A stretch of 63,993 nt of DNA, the filler included, from Phoronis australis (lineage: Eukaryota > Animalia > Phoronida): assembly GCA_002633005.1 (NCBI GenBank). It is 6 parts of 6 records of this genome, joined end to end, with 100 filler letters (N's around TTAATTAATTAA, not from the genome) between each part and the next. Parts side by side here need not be neighbours in the genome. Positions count along the whole stretch, not along the records: positions 16,153 to 34,513 come from NMRA01000251.1; positions 34,614 to 49,875 come from NMRA01000658.1; 4 more parts are not named here. One strand, 5' to 3'. Under the pieces are notes generated by a model that had not been told where the DNA came from, searched no databases, and saw nothing but the letters and a program-made list of their open reading frames with translations. Of this stretch, positions 24,538 to 35,870 are shown piece by piece (the first letter of the stretch is position 1; every line of letters starts with the position of its first letter). The translations under genes were made by a program, and so were the position numbers.

Positions 24538-27500
24538 ATGACCCAACAGATGAGTGAAAGACATAAAAAAGTGTTGACTGTGCGCATGGAACACTTATTG
24601 GATAATTTGCACCATACTCCACGGTTATACGCCTGCCTACTGCAAGACAACACAGTCGCTCCAGAAATGATTGAAGAAGTCAAGGTGAGATGGGAAAGAT
24701 TTTCATTTAGATTAATTAAGTTGCTAAAAAGTCTGCACAAAATGACTTAACCCAATTTTTTAAAAAAATGCATTTCACCCTGTTAAGCTAGTTAAACAAA
24801 AAAGTGGAATTAGGTTTATCATTCCAACAAAACTGGTCTAAAAATTTCCCTTCCCAAGTAAGGACATGGTTTCTGTTACATACCTATAAGAAAATCGTAA
24901 CTATCATCAGCAACTTCAGCAACTTAAGAGACCAAGTCAGGGTTTGGGTTGGCCAACTCTAAAATTCCGAAATTCAAAATGGCTCAGGTACACATTATGC
25001 CTGTAAGTTGAATTGAGGGCTTCTTTGTCAACAGTTCAAGGGTGGATAAAAAAGCAATCTTTTTCCCCTAAGTGCATCAGGTAAATATTCAACATTGCTT
25101 CATTTAGCTAACCAAAACTACAAAACTAGTTGAAACACTTAACTCGGAAAACTTTTTCTAAAAGCAAAAAGCATGTAAAATTGGATTTTGACTACACTAA
25201 CGATAGAATCATTAACCATACCTTTTTAATACAATTTATAACAAGAGCAACGCAGAGCACTGAAATGCACCCATGAATGCATCGCAAATGATGTTCTTTT
25301 ATGGTTCATTTGTATTATAAAAAAGGCCACTACATGGTGCAAAAATGCAAAATTCATCCGAAAACGGGAACATATCATTGCTTGTTTAATAGTTAAACTA
25401 TTCACCATATTTCATAAAAATATGTCAAGAAACTTCACAGAAACAAAGGAAAACAAAATAAAATGGAATTGCCACTAGGAAATACAGCATTCGTTGGATC
25501 CACCTGAAAGTCGTCCTCATCGCCTGTTGTTAGCTTCATATAAATACATTTATTAAATTTAATACAAAGATCCTGCGGTGACTTTAGGAGATACAGCTAT
25601 GGGCGCAAAACAAAACAAAACTACCACTAGGAGGCGCCACAGTAGTCAAAGTCGCCATCATCAAACGTCCCCTTTACACTTAGAACATATACGTCAATCC
25701 TAGAAGGATTTGGTTGATAGTTGATAGAGGGATGGAGACCAAAAAACAAATTCAAAAACTGCAAACATGACCACTACGTGGCGTAAAATATCTTCCATCT
25801 GAAAACAATAGATGCCTACATTCAAATTTTATGAAAATCTGTTGAGGACCTTTGAAGACACAGAGGTAAATGTTAAAACTAAAATTGCCACTAGGGGCAC
25901 ACCAGTAGTCAGATCCGTCTGAAAGTCGTCATTGCCCATTGTCAACATCGCATAAACAGACTTGCTAAACTAAGTAAGGATCCTCCAAACGGTTTAGGAG
26001 ATACAGCCAAGAGCGCAAAAATACAAAATTGCCACTAGGAGGCTACACAGTAGTCGAAGTCGTCCGAAAATCATCGTCAGCTGTCCACTTCATAGTAAAA
26101 ACATACATACCAATTTTCACAATTATTGTGAAAGCGGTTTGGTTGATAGTCGGGTGGATGCCAAAAAACAGAATTGAAAACAGTAAAAATGGCCACTAGG
26201 TGACAAACTATGTTGAATCCCTCTGAAAACGGTAAGATAACGTCACCTCATAATAACAGTTGCCTGTATGCCAAACTTTATGAAAATACGTTGAGGACTT
26301 TCGAAAATACAGGGCTAACCGTAAAAAATAAAATTGCCACTAGGTGGCACACCAGCAGTCAGATCCGTCCGAAAGTCGTCGTTATGCGTTGTTAACATCA
26401 TATAAATACACTTACTAAATTTCGTAAAGATCCTGACAACGGTTTAAGAGATACAGCCAAACGGCGCAAAAAAACTGCCACTAGGAGGCGCCACAGCAGT
26501 CAAAATCGACAGAAAATCATGGTCAGATGTCCTCTTTGTAGTAAGAACATACACGCCAATTTCCACAATCATCCTATGAGCAGTTTGGTTGATAGAGCGG
26601 TGGACGCCAAAAACAGCCTCGAAAACAGTCAAAAATGGCCACTAGGTGGCGCAAACTACGGCGAATCCATCCGAAAACTGAAGAATAGCGTTATCTCACT
26701 AATAGGTGCCTATATACCAAATTTTATGAAAATCTGTAGAGGACTTTTGAAGACACAGAACTAAATGTAAAAACTAAAATTGCTACTAGGGGACACACCG
26801 GTAGTCGGATCCGTCCGAAAATTTGCTCATGCCATCCCATCCACGGAAGGAACACATGTGCAAAATTTCAAGGGGTTTTGGAGATAGAACAGCAGATGTC
26901 AGACGGACGGACGGACGGAGATGACCGCATAGTGCATCCACATATAAATATAAAGGTGCATAAAAAAGAAACTTATGGTAAGGCACATTAAATTTCTCAT
27001 ATCAAACCAACATCATCAATAACATGACCATTTTTCTTTATACATTGTGATTTTTTCAAAAAGTCATAAAAATCCTATTTTTGATAACACCTCTTGTTGG
27101 CAGATCATTTTAAAAGCACTTCAGTGTTTTAGATGACACTGTATAAAGCAATGTAATTTCATTTCAATGAGAATGTTGCTCAGAAGTTTGTAAAATTAGA
27201 CATTTCAGTAAGGACTTACGTTAAGCTAATTAAACCATTCATTTTTGTACAAAAAATCAGTAAAATGGTGGCATTTGTTTCGACATCATTTTAAAGTAAG
27301 CATTATTCATTATGACAGAAAGCTTAAACAAAGAAATTTTATGCTGTCAAACTATTTTGAGATAATAAAACCGGTGTGCAAATGAGCTATGTACATGATT
27401 TTAAAATAGATACAATTTTTACCTAATGCAACACAGCTAAACTTGGGAAAAGTGACAATATTGTTTTGTTTACTTTGAATTCTTTTGAAACTCATTATTT

Positions 27501-30500
27501 AAGATACTTAAAGATAAGCTTTCATCCCACTTTCATTTTTTATCCAATCTTTCAATCTCGAGTTCAACGTCAACTTCAATTTCTTCATTTGATTTATCCA
27601 AGTGTTGTTATTCAGAGCGCTTCCATTTTAATATTTTGCATGACTATTTCAGGCTAAGGATACCTCTGGAGACAAGACCTTCCAACTAATTACACATTTG
27701 AAGTCATGTGGTCCAAATGCTTTTGAGAAGTTTGTGCAAGCATGCGATGTCCCAGGACAGAAACATATAGCCGATGCCTTACGCGAAGATTCATTGAAAG
27801 GTACAGGAAAGGAAAATTGCACTCCATAATCAACAGTCATTACAAATATCTCTAATCTATATAGCAGTCCCACCGAATCTTTTCTCCATCATTGTGGCAT
27901 TCATCAGCCATGAGGATAGTCTAAGTTTGGTGTTAAAGCTCATTTAAGCATAAAGTTATTCTTTCTAAAATACGATTTTCAGGTGTCAGACAAGACCATT
28001 TAAGCTGGTTTGGTTTAACAGGTATGCCTTGGCATTGTGTGTGGATGAGGAGAGAAATCTAATAAGTACTTTGTAATTATTATTCTGCTGATTGGTGTTG
28101 CATCACAAAGGACTATACCATATTTACATGGAGACAGTCGTCTCGGAAAAACTTACATGGAACAGCCCATCGGGCACAAGTGACTGAGTGTGTAAAACAC
28201 GATTAACATGGAGCAAGTTGACATGGTGGAGGTCATCTTCGACACTGGATTGAGAGGTAGAGCAAGATGCACTCGATCAGTTGGTCCAGTGCCAACCACA
28301 CAATCTAAACGTTAACCGGAACACTGCTTGCGTCCGGTGATCCACTGACATTCCACTCATGCTGATCCAGTTTGCCATCTAATGTCCTGTAAATGCGACT
28401 AAAATGGAGCAAGTTACCGTCGTGACAACTGTTCCCCTTAATGTAAATTACTATAGTGTACTTAAAGCAGTGAGATACAGGGGACCAGTGTTACATCACG
28501 AAGAGTCGTCACAAGTCAAGTGCCGTAAGGGTTGTCAGATATCACCAAATCTTGTACACGCACGTTGTTACAATACAGTCACGTGGAAGATAATAATGGT
28601 TGGCACGAGGACTGATAAGTAAAACTGACATGCGAGATGCAGTCTTCATGTGTATAGAAGCAGCCAATAGCATCATCATATTAAAAGAGTCAGAACTTAA
28701 GATGATAGACAAGACGTTTGATTGTTAATCACGATTTAGTTACTTGGAGTCTAGAGGGCGCTAGCAGATACATGACATTGCTGTTAGTGTACTAAATTAA
28801 TGAAAGCACTCCGAGGAGCGACACTTGACGAAATTAACAGAAAAAACGACGAAGAAGATGATGACGAAGATGACGAATGTAACGACGATGGTGGCGATGA
28901 TGAACAATACAAGTAATGATAAAATTCACAAGACAAACGTAGAGGCCAGAAATCATTAAGTATAGGGTACAGTCTCGAGCGACACTTGGCGAAATTAACT
29001 GAAAAGACGACGATGGAGATGATAACGAAGATCATGAATATGATGATGGCGGTGGCAATGACGAAAAAACATCATAATATTCATATGACGCACTTAGATG
29101 TCATAAATCAGCAAGAAATAGGCTACACTCTTGTTCAATAGAAGCTAAACCAACATCAATGCAGCAAGTGCGCTCAACAAAGGAACAGCGCTATCAGAAA
29201 ATCTCGAATAATTCAAGAAGTAGATGTCCTAGCGAAAAATAGAAAACATCTTCTGAAAGCCCGTTTAAAACTCTATCTAAATTGATGGTATCGCCTGTTT
29301 CCGTAAATTTTTCAAAGAAATGAAATTTTGCAGTTTTTTTGAAATTCAAAGTCAAATAACTCGAAAACGGTAAGTCTGAGAAAAATTTGTTACAGCTCAT
29401 TCGAAAGAGTATACCTCAGAGAATCCACATGCAAAAAATCACGTCTTTTTCTCTTCCAGTTTAAAATAGCACATAACCACGACTGAAAATGGGTCAACAT
29501 GCGCCACATCCGCCATCTTGAGAGCAACTTCCAGTTTTTTAATTCTGAATAATAGCATGTCATAAGATACTAATACCTGAAAAGTGTCGAAGCAATTGGT
29601 CCTATAATGCGCCCTCTACAGGAGAAAACGTTTTTTTCCTGAAATCGAGGTGCGCATGCGCAAGTGCCGATATTTCCGCCATCTTTAACCGGGAGTGAAC
29701 AATTTCCGGTATACTTGCAGGGCACCTCCGGTCCAATAATTGTGCCGATTTTTAGCTCTGTACGTAAAAATTGTAGCCTCCAGAAGCATTTGAATCTTAA
29801 AATGAAAACAAAATGGCCACCACAGCCGCCATCTTGGATCGGAGTATGACGAAAAACAATAGGCTTCCAGTACTTCCGAAACTACGGGTCATGAATAAAT
29901 TTCGTGATGATTGGACGAAAATTACGACCTGTATCGTGCGAACAAACAAAAAAAACAAAGTGACAGAGCAACATACTTAGCGAAATTTATTTTGCCAAGT
30001 AACAACAAATCTATTCACAATACATCTGGCTGTTACAATTGTCATATGTCGGACATAGCATGGTTCTAGATTTTCAGAAGATTCTACAGTCGTTAAAGTG
30101 CATCATAATACCATGTTAAGGCACTACATGACATTGTTAGAACACAGGTCAGCTATCATGACCTGTCGAGATCAGAGTTACCACTAGTTCTAGCCATTAA
30201 ACATTATCTATTAAATGCATGGTAGACTTCAGTGGCTGTCTCGCAACTAGAAAATCTAGCCAAAATCACGTGTTTTCACTAAAAGTACTTTGCAATCTCT
30301 CACATAATCCCACTAACTCGTGCTTTTTTGTGAGGACCTAACATTTTTGAAATCTTCCCATGTGATGCATGTCCCGTTCTCTGGGAATTTGAACTCCCAT
30401 TTGAGTAGGGTTTAACTTTCCCCATTGTAGGATACCACACAACTCCGCAGCTTCATCCACCTATTTTGAGGTGTAATGACTGCTAAGTCTGGCAGTAAAG

Positions 30501-32858
30501 CTTTTTTACTGACTTACACTCTGCAAAACAGTGGAGTGGTGGTGTTGGGGAAGTGATAACAGACATACATTGTGTCCCACCTGCTACAAGGTACAGGCTT
30601 TGACTTTTACAGACATTCACTATGACAAATCTAGTCAAGTGGAAGAACTGATTAACAAGATGTTGGGACCGCAGAAGCTGAAGATGATTCCAATGTATCA
30701 GATTAAAGAAACAGCGAAAAGATTAGTTTTCAAGGAAGACTTTGAAAGGGAAAAGGAGGAAAAAGTGTATGAACTCAATCAAGCCCAAAGGTATTAATAA
30801 CTTCTTGGAAAGTATGGTCCGTGCTACACCTTTCAACCACGTATATCTTCTATATTCAGTTTGTGAAACTAGATGATGCAAATGAGCACGTGTTCAAAAT
30901 CTCCTTCAACAAATTGAACTATGGCTTTTTTTTCTAAATGCTAGAGACAAAAGCCCCTGTGTCCATGAATTCACAAGGAAGAGTTGATCCTTGTCATTCA
31001 CAGCAGATCTCCCAACGGTTAGTCCAATTTGACCCCTCCGATAATTTTAAAACTTTTCAACCACATATGCAGCAGGCGAAGTGCTGAGCCCCACTGGCTG
31101 ATGGGGTGCCTTTAAAGTTCACTTCAATGCTTTGTTTCTTGCTTTTTCCTGTAGCATAATGTCAACCTTTTTGAACAAGAGACAGCGTACCATTAACCCA
31201 CCACAATCAAAGTCACTTTAAGCCACAATGATCAAATGGTAAATGAATGATCTCAATTACTGTGGAGTCAAGAATTCTATTCACAACTAATACCTCCACT
31301 TAATTGAGACTGTGAAATGAAATGGACAAACAAATACAAAACTGCCCCTAAGTGATTCCACAGTGGTCAGAGCAATTAAAAAGTAGCCGAAAATGAGAAT
31401 GTGGTACTGTCTCCTAAATAGATACCTTTTGCCAAATTCCACAGGAAAATACAAAAGCAAATGTAAAAAATACAATCACCACTTGGGGGAATATCTGTTG
31501 TCGGGTCTGTTAAAAATTTGCTCATGCTGGAACAGATCTGCAAACTTCACACACCAATCCAAGGGTTTTGAAAATACAGCAGCAAAATGACTGTCAATTT
31601 ACCGTCTCATTTTTCAGGGGGTTTCAACATTACGGTTGCAAATGCCCACAAGTTTTCAAAATATTGTCTTGTGGCAGCTCTTACTGTATAGATCTTGAAA
31701 GTGGAAAAGCATTAATTTGGCACTACATAATTACCTTCTATAAAAATTAGAAAATAAAATATCACTTTGAGATTTTAATGTAGCTTTACCTGTGATTATG
31801 CGATAGAAATTATGGTATCTGTCAGATGGGGACAGGCCAAACGTTTGAACCAGAGCTTTGAAAATGAACAGTGGAACATCATAAGCTGCCATTGCCATCT
31901 GTGTGTTTTAAGGCATTGATACTTATCATCCAGAAATCCAGTTTTATTTAGGCATCAGTAGTACCCACAGAATTCTAGCAAATACACAAAAGCTGGCATT
32001 TTCAAATGTAGTTGAGTATTCTTATCAGGCTTTGCAGCACACCACGGCTCTTAAAATGATCCTGAATGTGAAGAACATACACTACAAATTTTGATGTTTC
32101 TTTGCAGACTTGTCAAGGATGAAAAAAGGGGCATTGAAAGAGAGCTTAGCAGCCTGTGCGTAAAATATGAAAATGTGCAGCAGAAGAGTACAGCTCGTGA
32201 AAGAGAATTACAAACTCAAGTCACAGAGCTTCAAAGGCAGGTCAAGGAACAAGAGAATGTAATACAAACGGCAGAAATTGAGCTCGGTATGTTAACCAAC
32301 AAAGAAACAATTGATAGTGAAGAGGAATACCGGTCGATATCGGCACAAAGTGACAGCGGGATTGGCAGTAATAACAACTTATTGCAGCAAATAGGATAAG
32401 TTGAAGAAAAACTAAAGGAAACTGAGGATAAGTTAATAACGGCTGAGAAACGAGTCAAAGAACTGGAGAAAGACGAAGAGGATTGCATGAAAATGATAGA
32501 AAATGCCAGTAGCAACAATGCTGCCCCTGGAAAGCTCAAGACATTCCTGGAAAAATTCTTGGAATACAACGAGAAGGAAAAGAGCGAGATGAAGCATGAA
32601 GTTAAAGAACTGAAGAAAGAAAGGAATAAGTTAAAAGAGCAACTCATTGACCTACAGAATGAGTTGGAAAATATGGAAGATGACAAGAAATCATTGAAAG
32701 AGAGAATAAAAAATTTGAAGAAGAAGAGAGCGGCTGATAGGTCGTATGTAGAGCCAAAAGAACAACCATTTGAAGATGTCAGTCCACGAGTGACTTTCCC
32801 GGTCATCAACAAAAGAGGGCTCACAGCAGCCAGACCAAAATCAAACTACTGGAAATGA
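24538..32858 (+). CDS. CARD + coiled-coil protein, paralog 2 (exons 24538-24684, 27653-27800, 30613-30790, 32108-32858); in-frame TAA at 32397-32399
   Basis: MTQQMSERHKKVLTVRMEHLLDNL...LLQDNTVAPEMIEEVK | AKDTSGDKTFQLITHLKSCGPNAFEKFVQAC...QKHIADAL forms a complete RAIDD/caspase-2-like CARD. Junctions are GT-AG in phases 0/1/2. The coiled-coil exon aligns with paralog 1. Confidence 0.85.
25430..26966 (+). mobile_element. Core-repeat element (array B) with ~446-bp higher-order unit, (ACGG)n microsatellite and 3' hairpin; DINE-1/HINE (Helentron-derived)-like organisation
   Basis: Ten CCACTAGG-type motifs between 25471 and 26782. GACGGACGGACGGACGG at about 26902. Stem TGCATC..GGTGCA followed by an A-run at about 26933-26966. 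Family assignment is inference. Confidence 0.6.
28790..29080. repeat. Two diverged ~160-bp units with (GAT/GAC)n low-complexity tracts
   Basis: GAGCGACACTTG.CGAAATTAAC occurs at about 28816 and 28977, each followed by GAT-rich runs. Confidence 0.6.
29175..30006 (+). mobile_element. Probable non-autonomous interspersed element in CARD-2 intron 2
   Basis: CpG-richer block ending in an (ACAA)n-like tract and hairpin ACTTAGCGAAAT..ATTTTGCCAAGT followed by AACAAC; same end architecture as array B. Confidence 0.4.
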
Positions 32859-33321
32859 AAATCAAAAAGGCCCCAGCCAGACAGGCACTAGCCCCTTGCC
32901 AGCTCGCCATTGGCAAATTCTGAGCTGCAATGGCGTTGGCAGCGTTAAGTTCATTCACCAATTTGGCAAATGCTTTCGTAACATGACAATAAAAATTAAT
33001 TTTGAGAGACCTACTCACGTGTCCAGCTCAGCTTAACTCGAATCAAGTCACACCGCAATTGACATTTTTACTTCGATTCCGAGTCCCCAAAATAGCAAGC
33101 GAATGTTCCATTTCATTTCCATCACTCCCCCTGAAATCACTCTTTTACTGCAACGCAATGTTGTGTAGGAGGGAGGGACTATTTCGACAACAAAAGAAAG
33201 CATGTTAAACCATTGTCAATGTTATTACTTAACGAGTTTCATATTCACTACTTTGGACGACTTAGCTTTATTTTGCAAGCCACAAGTTATGTTAACTTTT
33301 TGGACATCAATATATTGCTTA

Positions 33322-33862
33322 TCAAAATGCCCATGTGGCCGGCATATCCCCACCGTAATGCAGGGATTGGCAGAATCCCTCAGTGCCCAAGTCAACATCA
33401 ATGAAATGCCCATGTGACCAGCGTACCCCCAATGTAACCCAGGTATTGCGGGAATCCCTGCCCAATTGTTTCGGGTCAATATCAATGAATTTCCCATGTG
33501 GCCGAGGTACCCCGTCATGGCCTGGGGATAGGGGGAACCCCTGCCCTATTTTTTAAGAACATCATTTAAATGCCCATGCGGCAGGCATACCCCCACTGTA
33601 ACCTGGGGGTAGGGGGGAAACTCTGCCCCAATGTGTTTAGGTCAACATCAATGAAATGCCAATGTGGTCGGCATACCCCGACACAACCCAGGGATAGGGG
33701 GAACCCCTGCTCAGTTTTAGTTTAAGTGACTATTCAAATGCCCAGATGGCTGGCGTACCCCTGCCGTAATGCAGATATAGGGTGGAAGCCTTGCCCAATA
33801 TTTTAGGTCAACATCATGCCCATGTTTCTGGCGTACCTCTGCCATAACCTGGAGATAGGGAG
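33322..33862. repeat. ~83-bp minisatellite, about 7 diverged copies
   Basis: AAATGCCCATGTGGCCGGCATACCCC...GGGATAGGGGGAACCCCTGCCC unit starts near 33325, 33404, 33488, 33569, 33654, 33737 and 33816. Confidence 0.85.
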
Positions 33863-34218
33863 GAAGTATTTGGCCAAGAAATTTTTTAAAAGGCTAAGTT
33901 TTCAGATGCTGTACACATTTTGGCTAATAACTTTAAAATTCTAGCATGAGCGTGCCCAAGTGTTTAACTATTATTTTTTAAGGCAGGTGTATACACTGAT
34001 CAAATCTTCAAGCTCCGGTCTAAAATAAGTATAACAAGGATAACAACTACTTAGACCTGACTCTGAAAGTGAGAAAAATCAAAGAAAAATCTGAGTTTTT
34101 ATTATATTGAATTTTTAATTGTTTTTTCAATTATCAACAAAACATAGTTTTAGCTAAATTGATTTTCAAAACGTACTGGTACTATCATCAACTGTTTCCA
34201 AAGGTAGCAATCTAATTA

Positions 34219-34513
34219 TACCGTAATCGTTCGGGTTAACGCCCATGCTCAGTTAACCGCCCATCCCCGACTTTACGTGGATTTCGATTTAACCGCCCAC
34301 TGCTCAGTTAACCGCCCCCCTGCGATTTTTGAAGATTTCCAGTTAAGCGCCCACCTCTCGGTTAAGCGCCCATCCCCGACTTTTAAAGAATGAAGATTTA
34401 GCGCCTAGTGCTAAGGAAACGCGCGATTCCCCGACTTTTAGAAAAAGATGATGATCACAAAGAGCGCAACGACGCCGGGCTTCCGAGACGGTGGTTTAGC
34501 AATGTGAATTACA
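34219..34513 (+). mobile_element. Left end of the TA-flanked DNA transposon family, truncated by the linker gap
   Basis: TACCGTAATCGTTCGGGTTAACGCCCATGCTCAGTTAACC... matches 43222 onward. Confidence 0.85.
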
Positions 34514-35169
34514 NNNNNNNNNNNNNNNNNNNNNNNNNNNNNNNNNNNNNNNNNNNNTTAATTAATTAANNNNNNNNNNNNNNNNNNNNNNNNNNNNNNN
34601 NNNNNNNNNNNNNCCTGTCGAAGACTTGCACCAGGGAAATTAGCAGTAATAAGGCTTAGCGCGACGACGTATTTTGATAAAAATTCCATCTTTTACCAGT
34701 TGTTTACATGCAGACAGCCACGCATGCGCAATTCAATCACCACTAGTACAGCAGCGACACCGCGAGGAGAATTCTCCGAATAGCCCCATTAGAGCATGTT
34801 TTTATCAAATATAACTTAAACAGTAGAATATCTTAGCTTCACAAACTGAAATAGGTTGTGCAAGTTTTGGTTAAGGGGGAACTTGCAACTATTTAGTTTG
34901 GAATTAGTTTGCTAATGCCACCTGGTCAGGATATATACAGTCATTTACCAACAACCCACACATCGGTATTGAAAAGCCATGATTAGTTAATAACCGAATT
35001 ACCAAAAATTACAGTATGACTTGCATATCTGTTGCTGTCATTGAAATTGCTTGACCATCATTGGTGAGACAAGTCAATGTGAAATGCAATAACTAAACAA
35101 TGAGCAGCTGTGTTTCTTACAAATTGAGAAAACCTCATCTTGAGTATCAACCATGACAAGACAGTCAGT

Positions 35170-35365
35170 GTACATAGACCAGAAAAAGATACGTCCAAAA
35201 GAAGGCTTAGAAGTTCTTAATAACTTCACAACTCAACTCAACCCGAGGCCAATCATAGTCCAATTTCGTAACTATCGATATAGGCAAAGAGTTATCACCA
35301 GATAAAAGGAAACTAAAGGGTACACAATTGATGACCTAACTGCAAAGAAATAACAGTAACTGACA
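35170..35365 (+). mobile_element. LINE (CR1/L2-type) ORF1 remnant
   Basis: PRPIIVQFRNYRYRQRV...KRKLKGT...DDLTAK, with stops and frameshifts. Confidence 0.6.
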
Positions 35366-35870
35366 ATGGCAAAGAAAATATTTGATCATATAATTTGCAT
35401 CAATTCTCAAGATTGCAATGACAGAGCATCATATATTAACTTAAAGATTAATGCAACCTAATTATTTCAATCGTCAGTGCTCATGGTGTACACGCAAACC
35501 AAGTACATCTGCCTCTGGCTCTTTAACTTGTATTTGGGAAAACACCAGTTGCACATGCTTGGTTAGGGGCTAGTTCAGCCTCTGGATATGTTCAGAAATT
35601 GGACACATCTAGCACACGATATAACCTAAGTGCAGCTAGTCCTCCTTAGTGCTGAAAACACTAGTCACGACATGTTATTTAAACTACAAGTTGCTTATTA
35701 CACTTAATAATGGATATCTGTGGGCCGAACTCATGCAGTGATTGGCCACCCTTTCAGACGTGATCACTTAGAATGCAAACTGCACAGTTGGTAAATGCAC
35801 TAAAATCATTAGCTGCACATCCTTAAAGGATTTCCTGAAAATCCCCCCCTACACGTTATACACTACTCAC

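Noticed and set aside
28120-28625. Possible decayed coding sequence in CARD-2 intron 2
   Set aside because: The frames I read contain stops and I could not recognise a domain.
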